This document shows, piece by piece, positions 8,746 through 9,885 of a stretch of 9,885 nt of DNA. The stretch lies in assembly GCA_051294375.1 (NCBI GenBank), contig JBJCIZ010000095.1, positions 1 to 9,885 on the forward strand, written 5' to 3'. The notes below the pieces were generated by a model. The model had not been told where the DNA came from. It did not search any database and worked only from the letters and a program-made list of their open reading frames with translations. Made by a program: the position numbers and the translations under genes. The stretch comes from Paraspadella gotoi. Its lineage: Eukaryota; Animalia; Chaetognatha. Position 1 is the stretch's first letter; each line of letters begins with the position of its first letter.

Positions 8746-9079
8746 GGGGAATTAGGTATGTAACCTATCCCACCCCTTTACCTCCAGCAAAAGCAACAAG
8801 CATCCAATAAATTATACACGCACACACACACACGTTAACATCAAGTGGGAGCATGAATACGTGCCCCAGTAAACCCCCAATAACCTATACACACAGGCCA
8901 CATAGCCCCATTACCCCCAAGGGACATCCCTTGGGGGCGGCAAGGGGGGTCATGCGACCCCCCATCTCCGCACCACTCCATGAGTCCATGGGAGAGAAGT
9001 GTACCTACATCCAAGGCCAGGAGACAAAGGATAAAATGTCCCTTCGAGCCACTTACCCCAAGGTTTACCCTTGGGGGCG
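8746..9079. other. Cluster of short GC-rich stem-loops
   Basis: cccccaaggga-ca-tcccttggggg (8914-8937); ggggggtc-atgc-gacccccc (8944-8963); ccccaagg-tttac-ccttgggg (9056-9076); an imperfect gggaattaggt...acctatccc stem (8746-8771). Confidence 0.75.
8816..8833. repeat. Short (CA)n microsatellite, mirrored as (TG)n at ~9685-9701
   Basis: acacgcacacacacacac seen directly. Confidence 0.8.
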
Positions 9080-9428
9080 AATTGGAAGACCCTCCGGTCC
9101 CCATCGGGGGTGACAGGCCGGCAAGGCGAACCTCAGTTTTGGGGGGGCGGACTAAAAACGCTTTGTGAACGACTGTAACCGTAGGAATGCTTGCGAGTGT
9201 CTTCGATCCTCTTGCCGCCCTACGAATAGTCTCGTCATGGACTGGCAGGGCAACATGGTGTTGCAACTCAACACGTCCGGATCGAGGTAGGACTTCGCCT
9301 GCACAGCATGTACCAGGACCTAATTGCCGAGTAAGCAGTGGGGGGCCGCTTCAGCAGCAGCTTGAGGCGCCCCTTCCTCGTCACCCCCCGGCTCACCCGG
9401 CCTTGTGGGGATGGGGGCGTTGACTCTT

Positions 9429-9885
9429 AATTCGCCCCAAGGGGTAAACCTGGGGTAGTGGCTCGAAAGGACATTTTATCCTTTGGCTCTCCTGCCTTGG
9501 GATGTTGGTACAACTTCTCTCCCATGGGACTCCATGGAGTGGTGCGGAGATGGGGGGGTCGCATGACCCCCTTGCTCGCCCCCAGGGATGTCCCTTGGGG
9601 GTAATGGGGCTATGTGGCCTGTGTGTATAGGTTATTGGTGGTTTACTGGGGCACGTATTCATGCTCCCACTTGATGTTAACGTTTGTGTGTGTGTGCGTG
9701 TATAATTTATGGATGCTTGTTGCTTTTGCTGGAGGTAAAGGGTGGGATAGGTACATACCTATTCCCCTGACTTGGTGAAAATAAAAAAGGAAAATTAGTT
9801 ATACGAGATGATATACTGAACAAGTACAGAGACACATAAAATGGGGATTAGACATGGTACAGAGACACTGACAAAATGTAAACGG
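9429..9885 (-). repeat. Right arm of the long inverted repeat (runs to the window end)
   Basis: aattcgccccaagggg...gacactgacaaaatgtaaacgg. ORFs 8853..9113(+) and 9393..9662(-) share the same N-terminal translation MNTCPSKPPITYTHRPHSPITPKGHP. Confidence 0.95.

Larger units (their letters stand above)
8628..9083 (+). repeat. Left arm of a long inverted repeat
   Basis: cgtttacatttttgtcagtgtctctgtacc...ccttgggggcgaatt is the reverse complement of 9429-9884, apart from scattered small indels. Confidence 0.95.

Noticed and set aside
9010-9090. Possible HDV-like or hammerhead ribozyme (hairpin followed by gcgaat; cgaaa in the mirror arm)
   Set aside because: I could not build P1/P1.1/P2/P3 pairings and found no CUGANGA core; an Infernal or RNArobo search would be needed.
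8841-9662. ORFs within the inverted repeat and its spacer
   Set aside because: Frames differ between the two arms, no motifs are recognisable, and such ORFs are expected in GC-rich sequence.
1-9885. CRISPR array, tRNA, rRNA, prokaryotic operon
   Set aside because: No regularly spaced repeats, recognisable RNA gene sequence or bacterial gene organisation seen.

Overview
Eukaryotic, retrotransposon-dense window with no host gene. (1) 1-2179 (+): 3' half of a non-LTR retrotransposon of the restriction-like-endonuclease (RLE; R2/NeSL/Utopia/CRE-type) group. The 689-aa ORF has the post-RT 'HLPARFLGLGLPSL' motif, a stretched CCHC finger, and RHD...E...RVD...E...K nuclease motifs. It also has an apparent ~125-aa catalytically degenerate RNase H-like module sitting inside the RLE domain. 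(2) ~2180-6320 (-): a heavily frameshifted L1/Tx1-like element, with a knuckle-containing ORF1 and an ORF2 APE endonuclease, cut off at the start of its RT. (3) ~6435-8627 (+): a second, near-identical copy of the RLE element. It is 5'-truncated at about the end of the RT and differs mostly by 1-nt indels. (4) 8628-9885: a ~455-bp-arm inverted repeat containing a cluster of GC hairpins, running to the window end. The indel pattern suggests low-quality long-read sequence in much of the window, so frameshifts and the terminal fold-back may be artefacts. All domain calls are from manual motif reading; no searches were run.
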